Assembly (NCBI GenBank): GCA_032654565.1
Contig: JAULAX010000014.1
Span: forward strand, 49,788-113,787
DNA length: 64,000 bases
Direction of reading: 5' to 3'
Source: Anaeromyxobacteraceae bacterium
Lineage (GTDB): Bacteria; Myxococcota; Myxococcia; Myxococcales; Anaeromyxobacteraceae
Below the pieces are notes generated by a model, which saw only the letters and a program-made list of their open reading frames with translations, was not told the DNA's origin and ran no database searches. Position 1 is the first letter of the stretch; each line of letters starts with the position of its first letter. Shown here in pieces: positions 19,148-30,063 of this stretch. The position numbers and the translations under genes are program-made.

Positions 19148-19774
19148 ATGGCCGACGACCGACGGCAGCAGATCCTCAAGGCGGCGCTGGACGTGTTCAT
19201 GCGCTACGGCTACCGCCGGGCCACCATGGACGACATCGCGCGCGAGGTCGGCAAGTCGCGGCCGGCGCTCTACCTCAGCTTCCCCAGCAAGGAGGCCCTC
19301 CTCATCGGCGTGGTGGAGATGGGGCATGACGCGATGTTCCGCGCCATCGAGGCCGGGCTCCCCGGCCAGGGCTCGCTCTCGGCCAGGCTGGAGTACGTGT
19401 TCGAGCTCTGGAGCGTGCGGTCCTTCGAGCAGATCGCCCGCTCACCCGCCGCCAGCGAGCTGATGAACGGCAACTACGCCTTCGCGAGCGACGTGTTCGA
19501 GCGGGGCGCGAAGCGGCTCGAGGCCATCCTCAGCGGGATCATCCGCGCCGGCGTCGCCGCTCCCGCCGCCCTGCACCCCTCGGCCGAGGTCCGGGCGCGG
19601 ATCATGATCGCGGCGGCCCACGGCTTCAAGACCGTGGCCAAGGACACGCAGGAGATGCGAGCGTTCCTCCACGACCTGGTCCGCATGACCGTGGCGGGAC
19701 TGCCGGCGGAGGGAGGGCCGAGTCGCCCCCCTCGCCCGCCCCGGCCCCGGAAGGCCCGGCGGGCGACCAACTGA
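19148..19774 (+). CDS. TetR/AcrR family transcriptional regulator
   Basis: ILKAALDVFMRYGYRRATMDDIAREVGKSRPALYLSFPSKEAL HTH. Confidence 0.92.
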   Translation: MADDRRQQILKAALDVFMRYGYRRATMDDIAREVGKSRPALYLSFPSKEALLIGVVEMGHDAMFRAIEAGLPGQGSLSARLEYVFELWSVRSFEQIARSPAASELMNGNYAFASDVFERGAKRLEAILSGIIRAGVAAPAALHPSAEVRARIMIAAAHGFKTVAKDTQEMRAFLHDLVRMTVAGLPAEGGPSRPPRPPRPRKARRATN

Positions 19775-20033
19775 CGAGGGCGCGGCGCGGGCGGCGCTGG
19801 ACCGGGCCCGGGAGGCGGCGCTGGGCAAGGACATCCGGCTGGGCGGGGGCGTGGCCACCGTCCGCCAGTACCTCGCCGCCGGGCTCATCGACGAGCTCCA
19901 CCTGGCGCTCTCCCCGGTGCTGCTGGGCCGGGGGGAGCACGTCCTCGCCGGCATCGACACGGCGGGCCTCGGCTACACGTGCACCGAGCACGTCGCCTCG
20001 GACCTGGCGACCCACGTCGTCCTGACGAGGTGA
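19775..20033 (+). pseudogene. C-terminal fragment of a dihydrofolate-reductase/RibD-C family protein
   Basis: AALDRAREAALGKDIRLGGGVATVRQYLAAGLIDELHLALSPVLLGRGE; N-terminal half missing. Confidence 0.78.
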
Positions 20034-20102
20034 TCCTACCCTCCGGGGAACAGCGCGCCGTTCACTTCATCGCGCCTGGCGCAGCAGTACGGACGGGCCG
20101 GC

Positions 20103-20468
20103 TCACCAGCCCACCGCCACCTCGAACCCGCCCACGGCGAGGCGCTTGACGTCGAAGGGCATGGGCTCCCCCTCCTTCATCATCGCGTTCAAGCGCGGGT
20201 CCTTCATCACCGCCGCGTTGACCCGGTCGCGGTGGGCGCGCGAGCGGTAGACGATGAAGGAGAAGACCACCGTCTCCCCGGCCTTGAGCCGGGCCAGGCG
20301 CGGGAAGCCCATGCCGTAGGGGACCTGCAGGTCCTCGCCGACGCACTCCGTGTAGGAGAGCGCGCCGTGGTCCTTCCAGACCCTGGCGCCCAGCCTGGCC
20401 TGGCGCAGGTAGGCCTTCACCTTCCGCTTCTGCAAAGGAATCACGAAACCGTCGACGTACCTGGCCAT
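20103..20468 (-). CDS. DUF1428 (YbaA-like) family protein
   Basis: YVDGFVIP...W.DHGAL.Y.EC...ETVVFS...RD.VN..VM.DPRL...MPFD.KR...GGF. Confidence 0.88.
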   Translation of the reverse strand: MARYVDGFVIPLQKRKVKAYLRQARLGARVWKDHGALSYTECVGEDLQVPYGMGFPRLARLKAGETVVFSFIVYRSRAHRDRVNAAVMKDPRLNAMMKEGEPMPFDVKRLAVGGFEVAVGW

Positions 20469-20576
20469 GTCACGCTCCTCCGGGTCGAGTGGACCCACGC
20501 CGGTTCATTGCGAGGCGCCCCCGGTCCGCGCAAGGGATTCCATGGACCCGGCCGAGGGACCCTGGGACGGACGGCG

Positions 20577-21602
20577 CTAACCCGGCGGGAGCGTGGCCAG
20601 GAACCCTCGCACCGCGGCGCCGTACTCGGCCGGGCAGTCGAGCTGGACCGAGTGGCCGCAGCCGGCCAGGCCGGCCAGCCTGCCGCCGGGGATGGCGGCC
20701 GCGCCCGCGGCCATGACGTCGCGGGTCCAGCCACCATGCAGGAACGGGCTGGGGATGAGCCGGTCCTCCTCGCCGAAGACCACCAGCGCCGGCGCCTTCA
20801 CCTGCCCCAGGCTCTGCCGGACGAAGTCGTTCTCGGCCAGCCCCTGGACGCTGCGGACCTGGGCGTAGGCGTAGGCGTCGAACTCCGGCGTCCCCACCAC
20901 CCGCACCCGCTCCTCCACCAGCCACTCCAGCTCCGGCCGGAAGCGCTGGAAGTTGGCCTGGGCCACCGATCCCCAGATGCCGTACTCCGGCGTCTTCTTC
21001 ACCAGCACCGTGGCGAAGACCGCCTTGAACCAGGCCTTCTCGCGCTGGGTGAAGACCTCGAACCCGGCCGGCGAGGTCAGCACCAGGGCGCGGACCTCCT
21101 CCGGGTAGCGGATGGCCCAGGAGAGCGCGGTCTGCCCGCCCATGGAGTGGCCCACCACCACGGGCCGCTTCACCCCCAGCTGCGCCGCCAGCTCGCGGGC
21201 GGCGTCGGCCATGGCCTCCATGGTGTAGGGGAAGGAGGCCGGCTTGTCCGACTTGCCGTAGCCGGGCAGGTCGAGCGCCACCACGTGCCAGCCCTCGGCG
21301 GCGAAGGCGTCGAGCTGGAACCACCAGAACTTGAGGTAGCTGCCCAGGCCGTGGACGAAGACCAGCGTGCCCTTGGCCCCGCCCTTCCCCAGCTCCACGT
21401 AGGCCACCCGCGGCGGCCGGGCCATGCCGTAGGTGCGGGCGGTCTCGGGCAGCTCGCGGAAGGCCACCGGCCAGGGCTGGCCGCCCGGTCCGGCGTAGGG
21501 GAGCTCGGCGAAGGGGCGCGGTGGCAGCGACGAGTAGCGGGGAGTGCAGGCGACCAGCGCCAGCAGGGCGAGGGAGAGCGTGACGGTGCGCGTGGTGGTC
21601 AT
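20577..21602 (-). CDS. Alpha/beta-fold hydrolase (esterase-like) lipoprotein
   Basis: Lipobox LVAC; FVHGLG, DLPGYGKSDKP, VGHSMGG, FGEEDRLIP, CGHSVQ. Confidence 0.88.
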   Translation of the reverse strand: MTTTRTVTLSLALLALVACTPRYSSLPPRPFAELPYAGPGGQPWPVAFRELPETARTYGMARPPRVAYVELGKGGAKGTLVFVHGLGSYLKFWWFQLDAFAAEGWHVVALDLPGYGKSDKPASFPYTMEAMADAARELAAQLGVKRPVVVGHSMGGQTALSWAIRYPEEVRALVLTSPAGFEVFTQREKAWFKAVFATVLVKKTPEYGIWGSVAQANFQRFRPELEWLVEERVRVVGTPEFDAYAYAQVRSVQGLAENDFVRQSLGQVKAPALVVFGEEDRLIPSPFLHGGWTRDVMAAGAAAIPGGRLAGLAGCGHSVQLDCPAEYGAAVRGFLATLPPG

Positions 21603-21613
21603 GGCGGGCCTCG

Positions 21614-23254
21614 CTAGAACGCGTACCAGGTGAAGGTGGTGAAGACCGCGTAGGGGTTCTGCTTGACGACCGAGGTCTCGCCGTCGAACCAGTCGCCCTT
21701 CACCATGTAGCCGGCGTGGAGCCCCAGGGTCATCAGGTAGCGGATGGTGTACTTGAGCTCGGCGTTCACCTCGGTGCCGAGCACCTTGCCCCGCGGGGTG
21801 ACGCTGCCGGCCAGGGTGGCGGGGCGGACCGCGCTGCGGGCGTGCCCCAGCCCGACCTTGAGGTTGAGGGTGTGGGGGACCAGGTCCCAGGCGGCGGTGG
21901 CCAGCAGCGCCTCCAGGCCGGCCCCCTGGTTGGAGAGGTCGGTGACGGCGCCGGTGTAGTTGTTGACGGTGCTGGTGAAGGGGAAGAGGAGCAGCATGCG
22001 GTGGTTGAACCAGACCGCGCCCGGCAGGCCGTAGTAATTGAGCGTGAAGGCGCCGCGGTAGGTGCCGTCGCTCGGGTCAGAGTCGCCGCTGGAGTAGACC
22101 CCCTCCAGGGTGGCCACGTCGTTGACGGTCCGTCCGTAGTTCCAGAGCAGCTCGGCGTCGGCCGAGAGCCCGCGCACCGCGACGTGGCGGTTGAGCAGCG
22201 TGTCCGGCTTGTTCGAGTCGAAGCGGCCGCCGTTGTACATCACGAACCCAGTGGCCCCGAGCGGCCCGGCCTTGAAGTCGATGTTGTGGTGGGCGTTCAG
22301 CCCCAGCCAGCCGACCCAGCCGGAGGGGCGGTCGATGGCGAAGGGGGTGGTCCCGGTGAAGGTGGAGAGGCCGCCGGAGGAGGGCCCGGAGCGGACCAGC
22401 CCCTCGTAGGCGTAGCCGTCCCCCTTGGTGTCGTCGCGCAGGAACCAGAGCGAGCCGCCCACCCAGGTGCCCGGCCTCACCTCCGAGGCGTGGTCGGCCA
22501 TGGCCAGCCAGGCGTACTTGATGCGCGGATCGTCCACGGTGGCCTTGTCGGGCTGGGCGCCCTGCATGGGGAACCACCCCAGGCGGCTGCGGCCCCAGCG
22601 CTGCGAGAAGAGCTGGATGCCGGTGGCGTCGGTGCCGGCGAAGGCCAGCTTGTAGCCGGTGCGGGTGATGTCGAAGAGCGAGCTGCGGGTCGGATCGAGC
22701 GGGTTGTCGTAGAGCGGCTGGGTGCCGATGAGGACGGTGAGGAGGTCGGGATCCCTCCAGGGGTAGAGGGCGACGTTGACGTTCTTGGTCTGGATGTTGA
22801 CCTGGTCGGCGTTGAGGCCGCCGCCCTCGTTGGGCTGCACGGTGTTGGCGGCCCGGCCCCAGACGTAGTCGATCTCGAACTGGGCGCGGAAGGAGGCCCG
22901 GCCGTCGAAGAAGTTGGGGGTGTACTCGATGACCGGGATCCAGCGCTGCTCCACCCAGAAGCCCGGCCCGGTCTTGCCCACGTAGACCCGGCTGCCGGCC
23001 AGCTCGCCCAGGGGCCCGAGGGCGACGCCCTTGAGGCCGGTGGGATCGCCCACGGCGTTGGTGACCGAGACGCGGGAGAAGAAGTAGTTGATGAGCCGGA
23101 GCTGCTGCGGCTCGGCGTCGTGCACCCGGGCCTGACCGTCGTACCACTCCGGGAAGTAGGCGCCCGGCACCGAGGGTGTCTGGGCGCCGGCGCCGAGCGG
23201 GGCGAGGAGCAGGGCGGCCAGGAGCGCGCGGTGGGCACGAGGCGAGACGGGCAT
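21614..23254 (-). CDS. Putative outer-membrane beta-barrel protein
   Basis: Signal peptide (AGA-Q), amphipathic aromatic-rich strands, C-terminal TTFTWYAF. Confidence 0.65.
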   Translation of the reverse strand: MPVSPRAHRALLAALLLAPLGAGAQTPSVPGAYFPEWYDGQARVHDAEPQQLRLINYFFSRVSVTNAVGDPTGLKGVALGPLGELAGSRVYVGKTGPGFWVEQRWIPVIEYTPNFFDGRASFRAQFEIDYVWGRAANTVQPNEGGGLNADQVNIQTKNVNVALYPWRDPDLLTVLIGTQPLYDNPLDPTRSSLFDITRTGYKLAFAGTDATGIQLFSQRWGRSRLGWFPMQGAQPDKATVDDPRIKYAWLAMADHASEVRPGTWVGGSLWFLRDDTKGDGYAYEGLVRSGPSSGGLSTFTGTTPFAIDRPSGWVGWLGLNAHHNIDFKAGPLGATGFVMYNGGRFDSNKPDTLLNRHVAVRGLSADAELLWNYGRTVNDVATLEGVYSSGDSDPSDGTYRGAFTLNYYGLPGAVWFNHRMLLLFPFTSTVNNYTGAVTDLSNQGAGLEALLATAAWDLVPHTLNLKVGLGHARSAVRPATLAGSVTPRGKVLGTEVNAELKYTIRYLMTLGLHAGYMVKGDWFDGETSVVKQNPYAVFTTFTWYAF

Positions 23255-23329
23255 GTGGAACCTCCGGTGGACGGCGTCGGGGTGGGGAGGAGGGCCGGCG
23301 ACCGCGGGGCCGCCGGCCCGCCACGGCCG

Positions 23330-23935
23330 CTAGTTGAGGCGGTAGGTCTGGACCGCGTTTCCGGTGAAGGCCACGGTGTTCAGGATCACGCCGGTCGCCC
23401 CCACCGCGCCATCGGCGCAGCGGTTGTGGGTGGCCTGGGCCCCGAAGAAGAGCTCGAGCCGCACGGTCTTGCCGTCGGCCGAGAAGGCGCCGCGGCCCGC
23501 CTGGGTGAAGCCGGTGTAGGTGACGTCGATGTCGAAGCAGGTGCCGTTGCCGGCCACGTTGCTGATGGCGACGGTGGTGGAGCTGAAGGTGAGCGGGCTG
23601 CCAAAGGCGGTGGCGTTGTCGCAGGTCCCGACGCTGCCCACGGTGGGGGCGCCGTTGAGCGTGCCGAGCTGGCTGGTGACGTTCCAGGTCCCCGCGGCGA
23701 TGGAGATGGAGGTGCTCTTGTAGCACTGCGTGGACGCGCCGTAGTTGACGTTCTGGTTGAAGCCGTTCGGGTGGGTCGGGATGTCGGCGCCGGTCATCAG
23801 CATGGTCTTGCCGTTGAGGTAGGTGGTGATGGCGGCCGCGGTGGTGAGGGTGGGCGGCGGGGTGACGGCGGGATCGGAGGAGCCACAGGCGGCGAGGGCG
23901 AGGGCGGCGACGGTGCTGGCGATGAGCTTCTTCAT
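23330..23935 (-). CDS. Lipoprotein of unknown function (Cys-containing, beta-rich)
   Basis: MKK...LAAC lipobox; AAGGAG RBS. Confidence 0.8.
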   Translation of the reverse strand: MKKLIASTVAALALAACGSSDPAVTPPPTLTTAAAITTYLNGKTMLMTGADIPTHPNGFNQNVNYGASTQCYKSTSISIAAGTWNVTSQLGTLNGAPTVGSVGTCDNATAFGSPLTFSSTTVAISNVAGNGTCFDIDVTYTGFTQAGRGAFSADGKTVRLELFFGAQATHNRCADGAVGATGVILNTVAFTGNAVQTYRLN

Positions 23936-23986
23936 GGACGACTCCTTGGTCGGTGCTGCGGGGTGGGGATCAGGTCGGGGGTCAGG

Positions 23987-25543
<1,557 letters not shown>

Positions 25544-25555
25544 GAGTCCTCCCGG

Positions 25556-26548
25556 TCAGGCGGTCCAGCGGAAGAGGGCGGTGGCCATGGCCAGCCCGCC
25601 GCCGCTGGCGCACAGGGCCACCAGGTCGCCGGGGCGCACCCGGCCGGCGCGCACCGCGTCGTCGAGCGTCATGGGGATGCAGGCGCTGCCGGTGTAGCCC
25701 CACTTGTCCATGGTCCAGTGGGTCTTGCTCATGGGCTGGCCCAGCGCCGCCATGGTGGCCTCGATGGTGCGCAGGTTGAGCTGGGTGAAGACGAAGAGGG
25801 CCACGTCGTCGACGCCGAGGCCGGCCCGCTCCAGCACCCCCTGCAGCAGCACCGGCCAGCGCTCGGTGTTGAAGGTGGCGGGGAACTTGCGGACGAAGCG
25901 CACCGCCGGCGCCCCCTCGGCCGCCACCCGCTCCGGCGTGGCCGGGTGGAGGGTGCCGCCGGTGTAGATGCCCAGGGCGTCGTGGTACTCGCCGTGGGCC
26001 TCGAGCCGGGCGCCGACGAACCCCGGCGCCTCCCCCGCCCCCAGCACCACCGCCCCGGCGCCGTCGGCGAAGAGGGTGCAGGTCTTCTTGTCGGTCCAGT
26101 CGATGAAGCGGGACATGCCGTAGGCGCCCACCACCAGCACGTGGTGGTAGGCGTCGTCGGCGGCGATGGTCTTGGCGGCCACGTCGAGCGCGGTGACGAA
26201 GCCGGCGCAGGCGCAGTTGAGGTCGTAGGTCCCGGCCCGCCGCGCCCCCAGCTTGTGCTGCACCACCGAGGCGGTGGCGGGGCTTGGCTGGTCGGGGGTG
26301 TCGGTGGCCACGATGATCAGGTCGAGGTCCTGGGGCGACAGCCCGGCGCGGGCCAGGGCGTCGCGGGCCGCGGCGACGGCCAGGTCGCTGGTGACCTCGT
26401 GGTCGGCCATCAGGTGGCGCTGGCGGATGCCGACGTTCTCCACCAGCCAGGCGTCGAGGGGCTGGCCGAGGCGGGCCTCCAGCTCGGCGTTGGAGACGAC
26501 CCGCTCCGGGACGTAGCGCCCGGTGGAGAGGATGCGGGCCCGCCTCAC
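25556..26548 (-). CDS. 3-oxoacyl-ACP synthase III (FabH)-like protein with non-canonical active site
   Basis: GRYVPERVVSNAEL, ATDTPD, NCACAGF, LFADGAGAVVL, SGGGLA. GTG start overlaps the tetR stop codon. Confidence 0.88.
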   Translation of the reverse strand: MRRARILSTGRYVPERVVSNAELEARLGQPLDAWLVENVGIRQRHLMADHEVTSDLAVAAARDALARAGLSPQDLDLIIVATDTPDQPSPATASVVQHKLGARRAGTYDLNCACAGFVTALDVAAKTIAADDAYHHVLVVGAYGMSRFIDWTDKKTCTLFADGAGAVVLGAGEAPGFVGARLEAHGEYHDALGIYTGGTLHPATPERVAAEGAPAVRFVRKFPATFNTERWPVLLQGVLERAGLGVDDVALFVFTQLNLRTIEATMAALGQPMSKTHWTMDKWGYTGSACIPMTLDDAVRAGRVRPGDLVALCASGGGLAMATALFRWTA

Positions 26549-27198
26549 GCCCGCCTCCGGGCCGGGGCGCGGCGGGTGGGCCTCGGCGGCGGCCCTGCGC
26601 CCGGCGCCGCCATGCCGTCGCGGACCAGGGCCACCGCGGCGTCCAGCACCGCCTCCATGCCCTTGCCCCGCCCCCAGAGCACGTAGCGCATGCCGAGGAA
26701 GTCGGCGATGCCCATGAGCGCGTAGGCCAGCACCTCGGGGTCGACGCGCCGCACCTGTCCGCGCCGCTGGGCCCGGGCCAGGGCCTTGGCGTAGGGGGCG
26801 GCGAAGCTGCGGTAGTAGCGGCGGAAGCAGGCCTCGTCGATGAACTCGGTCTGCCGCACCACCCGGTAGAGCAGCCGGTGGCGGGAGGTGAAGGCGAAGA
26901 AGGCGCGGAACCCCTCGCGCTCCACCTCCATCCGGTCGGCCAGCCCGGCGATGGCGGCGGCCAGCTCGGCGCGCAGCCTCTCCCCCAGCCCGTCCACCAC
27001 CTCGACGAGCAGCGACTGCTTGTCCTCGAAGTAGACGTAGAAGGTCCCCAGCGCCACCCCGGCCTCCCGGGTGATGTCGGAGATCGAGGCGCGCTCGAAG
27101 CCGCGCTCGCCGAAGACCACCTCGGCCGCCTCCACCAGCTTCTGCCGGGTGCGCTGCCCGCGGGCGGTGGCGGGGCGTGGAGTTGAATTCCGATTCAT
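26545..27198 (-). CDS. TetR/AcrR family transcriptional regulator
   Basis: TRQKLVEAAEVVFGERGFERASISDITREAGVALGTFYVYFEDK. Confidence 0.93.
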   Translation of the reverse strand: MNRNSTPRPATARGQRTRQKLVEAAEVVFGERGFERASISDITREAGVALGTFYVYFEDKQSLLVEVVDGLGERLRAELAAAIAGLADRMEVEREGFRAFFAFTSRHRLLYRVVRQTEFIDEACFRRYYRSFAAPYAKALARAQRRGQVRRVDPEVLAYALMGIADFLGMRYVLWGRGKGMEAVLDAAVALVRDGMAAPGAGPPPRPTRRAPARRRA

Positions 27199-27237
27199 GT
27201 TTCATGTAAGGGTAGGGAGTCGCGGCGAGGATGTCAA
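27184..27237 (-). promoter_or_regulatory. Sigma70-like promoter and TGAAT-N4-ATTCA operator for the tetR/FabH-like operon
   Basis: Minus-strand TTGACA (27237-27232), 17 bp, TACCCT (27214-27209). Palindrome TGAATTCCGATTCA at 27184-27197. Confidence 0.6.
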
Positions 27238-27260
27238 AGGCTGATTGAGGGGAGACCAGC

Positions 27261-28007
27261 GTGGAGCTCGACCAACTGAAGGTGATCGTGACCGGCGGGG
27301 CGCAGGGCATGGGGGCGCACTTCGCCGCCCGCCTGCACCAGGCCGGCGCCCGGGTGGCGGTGGGCGACGTCAACGAGGCCGGGCTGGCGGCGCTGCCGGC
27401 CGGGGTGGAGCGGCGCCGGCTCGACGTCACCGACGAGGCCGACGTGGCCGCCTTCGTGGCCTGGGCCTCCGGGCGGCTCGGTGGCCTGAACGCCCTGGTG
27501 AACAACGCCGGCATCATCCGCGACGGGCTGCTGGTGAAGCGCGACCGGCAGAGCGGTGAGATCACCACCCTCTCCAGGAAGGACTGGGACGCCGTCATCG
27601 GCGTCAACCTCACCGGCGCCACGCTCATGGCCCGGGAGGTGGTGGCCGCCATGGCCCGGGCCGGCACCCGCCCCGGCGTGCTGGTCAACATCTCCTCGGT
27701 CTCCCGCCACGGCAACCGCGGCCAGTCCAACTACGTGGCCGCCAAGGCGGCGCTGGTGGCCAACACCGTCACCTGGGCGCGCGAGTTCGCCGCCTTCGGG
27801 GTGCGGGTCGGCGCCGTGGCGCCCGGCATGGTGGAGACCCCCATGACCCAGGGCATGAACCAGAAGGCCCGCGACGCCCTGGTGGCGGCCATCCCGGTGG
27901 GGCGCATCGGCCTGCCCGAGGACATCTGGCGCGCCGTCCGCTTCGTGCTGGAGTGCGACTACTTCGACGGCCGCTGCGTCGACGTCGACGGCGGCCTGGT
28001 GATGTAG
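27261..28007 (+). CDS. SDR oxidoreductase (FabG/3-hydroxyacyl-CoA dehydrogenase-like)
   Basis: TGGAQGMG, NNAGI, NISS, YVAAK. Confidence 0.92.
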   Translation: MELDQLKVIVTGGAQGMGAHFAARLHQAGARVAVGDVNEAGLAALPAGVERRRLDVTDEADVAAFVAWASGRLGGLNALVNNAGIIRDGLLVKRDRQSGEITTLSRKDWDAVIGVNLTGATLMAREVVAAMARAGTRPGVLVNISSVSRHGNRGQSNYVAAKAALVANTVTWAREFAAFGVRVGAVAPGMVETPMTQGMNQKARDALVAAIPVGRIGLPEDIWRAVRFVLECDYFDGRCVDVDGGLVM

Positions 28008-28085
28008 CCTTGCCGCCCCTCCGGCCCGCATGGCAGCGTGAACCACCCCGCAGCTCACCAACTTCCACGACGAGGAGTGACCCCC

Positions 28086-29279
28086 ATGACGCAGCGTAGA
28101 GCGTTCGGCGCCGCCATCCTGGCGGCCTTCACCCTGCTTCCCCCCTCCCCGGCCGGCGCCCAGGGACCCGACATCACCATCGCCCATGTCTACAGCCGCA
28201 CCGGGCCGCTGGAGGCCTACGGCAAGCAGACCGCCGCCGGCTTCCTCATGGGGCTGGAGTACGCCACCCAGGGCACCATGACGGTGGCCGGCCGCAAGCT
28301 GGTGGTCATCGAGAAGGACGACCAGGGCAAGCCGGACCTGGGCAAGAGCCTGCTGGCGGCCGCCTACGCCGACGACAAGGTCGCCCTGGCCGTCGGCCCC
28401 ACCTCCAGCGGCGTGGCCCTGGCCATGCTGCCGGTGGCCGAGGAGTACCAGCGCCTCCTGCTGGTCGAGCCGGCGGTGGCCGACGCCATCACCGGCGACA
28501 AGTGGAACCGCTACGTCTTCCGCACCGGCCGGAACTCCTCGCAGGACGCCATCTCCAACGCCGTGGCCCTCGACAAGCCCGGGGTGAGCATCGCCACCCT
28601 GGCCCAGGACTACGCCTTCGGCCGCGACGGGGTGAAGGCCTTCCGCCAGGCGGTGAAGAGCGCCCGCATCGTCCACGAGGAGTACCTGCCCACCAGCACC
28701 ACCGACTTCACCGCCGGGGCCCAGCGGCTCATCGACCAGCTCAAGGACCTGCCCGGCCGCAAGGTGATCTGGATCCTCTGGGCCGGCGCCGGCAACCCCT
28801 TCAAGATCGCCGACCTGGAGCTGAAGCGCTACGGCATCGAGATCGCCACCGGCGGCAACATCCTGCCGGCCATGGCCGCCTACAAGCAGCTGCCCGGGAT
28901 GGAGGGGGCCAGCTACTACTACTACGAGATCCCCAGGAACCCGGTGAACGCCTGGCTGGTGGCCGAGCACCAGAAGCGCTTCAACGCACCGCCCGACTTC
29001 TTCACCGCCGGGGGGATGAGCGCCGCCATCGCCGTGGTCGAGGCGCTGCGCAAGACCTCCGGCGACACCGCCACCGAGAAGCTCATCGGGGCCATGGAGG
29101 GGCTCTCCTTCGAGACCCCCAAGGGGAAGATGACCTTCCGCAAGGAGGACCACCAGGCCATGCAGAGCATGTTCCACTTCCGCATCAAGGTGGACCCGGC
29201 GGTGGCCTGGGGGATCCCGGTGCTGGTGCGCGAGATCAGGCCCGACGAGATGAACGTCCCCATCCGCAACAAGCGCTGA
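28086..29279 (+). CDS. LIV-type ABC transporter substrate-binding protein
   Basis: Signal peptide; YSRTGPLEAYG, KDDQGKPD, AVGPTSSGVALA, QDYAFGRDG. Confidence 0.9.
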   Translation: MTQRRAFGAAILAAFTLLPPSPAGAQGPDITIAHVYSRTGPLEAYGKQTAAGFLMGLEYATQGTMTVAGRKLVVIEKDDQGKPDLGKSLLAAAYADDKVALAVGPTSSGVALAMLPVAEEYQRLLLVEPAVADAITGDKWNRYVFRTGRNSSQDAISNAVALDKPGVSIATLAQDYAFGRDGVKAFRQAVKSARIVHEEYLPTSTTDFTAGAQRLIDQLKDLPGRKVIWILWAGAGNPFKIADLELKRYGIEIATGGNILPAMAAYKQLPGMEGASYYYYEIPRNPVNAWLVAEHQKRFNAPPDFFTAGGMSAAIAVVEALRKTSGDTATEKLIGAMEGLSFETPKGKMTFRKEDHQAMQSMFHFRIKVDPAVAWGIPVLVREIRPDEMNVPIRNKR

Positions 29280-29292
29280 GGGACCGGGCCGC

Positions 29293-30063
29293 GTGCTCGA
29301 GACCCGCGCACTCACCGTTCGCTTCGGCGGCCACCTGGCCGTCGACCACGTGAGCTGCACCTTCTCGGCGGGCACGCTCACCGCCATCGTCGGTCCCAAC
29401 GGCGCCGGCAAGACCACCTACTTCAACCTGATCTCCGGGCAGCTCCCCGCCAGCGAGGGCCAGGTGCTGCTCGACGGCGAGGTGCTCACCGGGCTGCCGG
29501 CCCCGCTGCGGACCCGCCGCGGCCTGGGGCGGGCCTTCCAGCTCACCCAGCTCTTCCCCGGGCTCTCGGTGCAGGAGAACGTCCGGCTCGCCGTCCAGGC
29601 GCGGGAGCAGGGGCGCGGCCACGCCGGCCTCGACCTGCTGCGGGTCTGGCTCGACCGGACCGGGTGGATCGAGGAGGCCCGGGACCTGCTGGCCCGGGTC
29701 CAGCTCGACGGCAAGGCCGACCTGGCCGCCAGCAGCCTCTCCCACGGCGACCAGCGCAAGCTCGAGGTGGCGCTGCTCATGGCCCTCGACCCCAAGGTGT
29801 ACCTGTTCGACGAGCCCACCGCCGGGATGAGCGTCGACGACGTCCCGGTCATCCTCGACCTGGTCCGCGCCCTCAAGTCGAGGCGCGACCGGGCCATCCT
29901 GCTGGTGGAGCACAAGATGGACGTGGTCCGCGAGCTCGCCGACCGGATCGTGGTGCTCCACAACGGGCGGCTGGTGGCCGACGGCGAGCCGGCCGCGGTC
30001 ATCGCCTCGCCGGTGGTGCAGCAGGCCTACCTGGGGCTGGCGCCGGTGGAGGGCGGGGCGTGA
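29293..30063 (+). CDS. LIV-type ABC ATP-binding protein (LivG-like)
   Basis: GPNGAGKTT, LSHGDQRKLE, LFDEPTAG, VEHKM. Confidence 0.93.
   Translation: MLETRALTVRFGGHLAVDHVSCTFSAGTLTAIVGPNGAGKTTYFNLISGQLPASEGQVLLDGEVLTGLPAPLRTRRGLGRAFQLTQLFPGLSVQENVRLAVQAREQGRGHAGLDLLRVWLDRTGWIEEARDLLARVQLDGKADLAASSLSHGDQRKLEVALLMALDPKVYLFDEPTAGMSVDDVPVILDLVRALKSRRDRAILLVEHKMDVVRELADRIVVLHNGRLVADGEPAAVIASPVVQQAYLGLAPVEGGA

Noticed and set aside
26549..27730. N-terminal extension of the FabH-like ORF (724 aa)
   Set aside because: It overlaps tetR and the SDR gene; the likely start is GTG 26548, coupled to the tetR stop.
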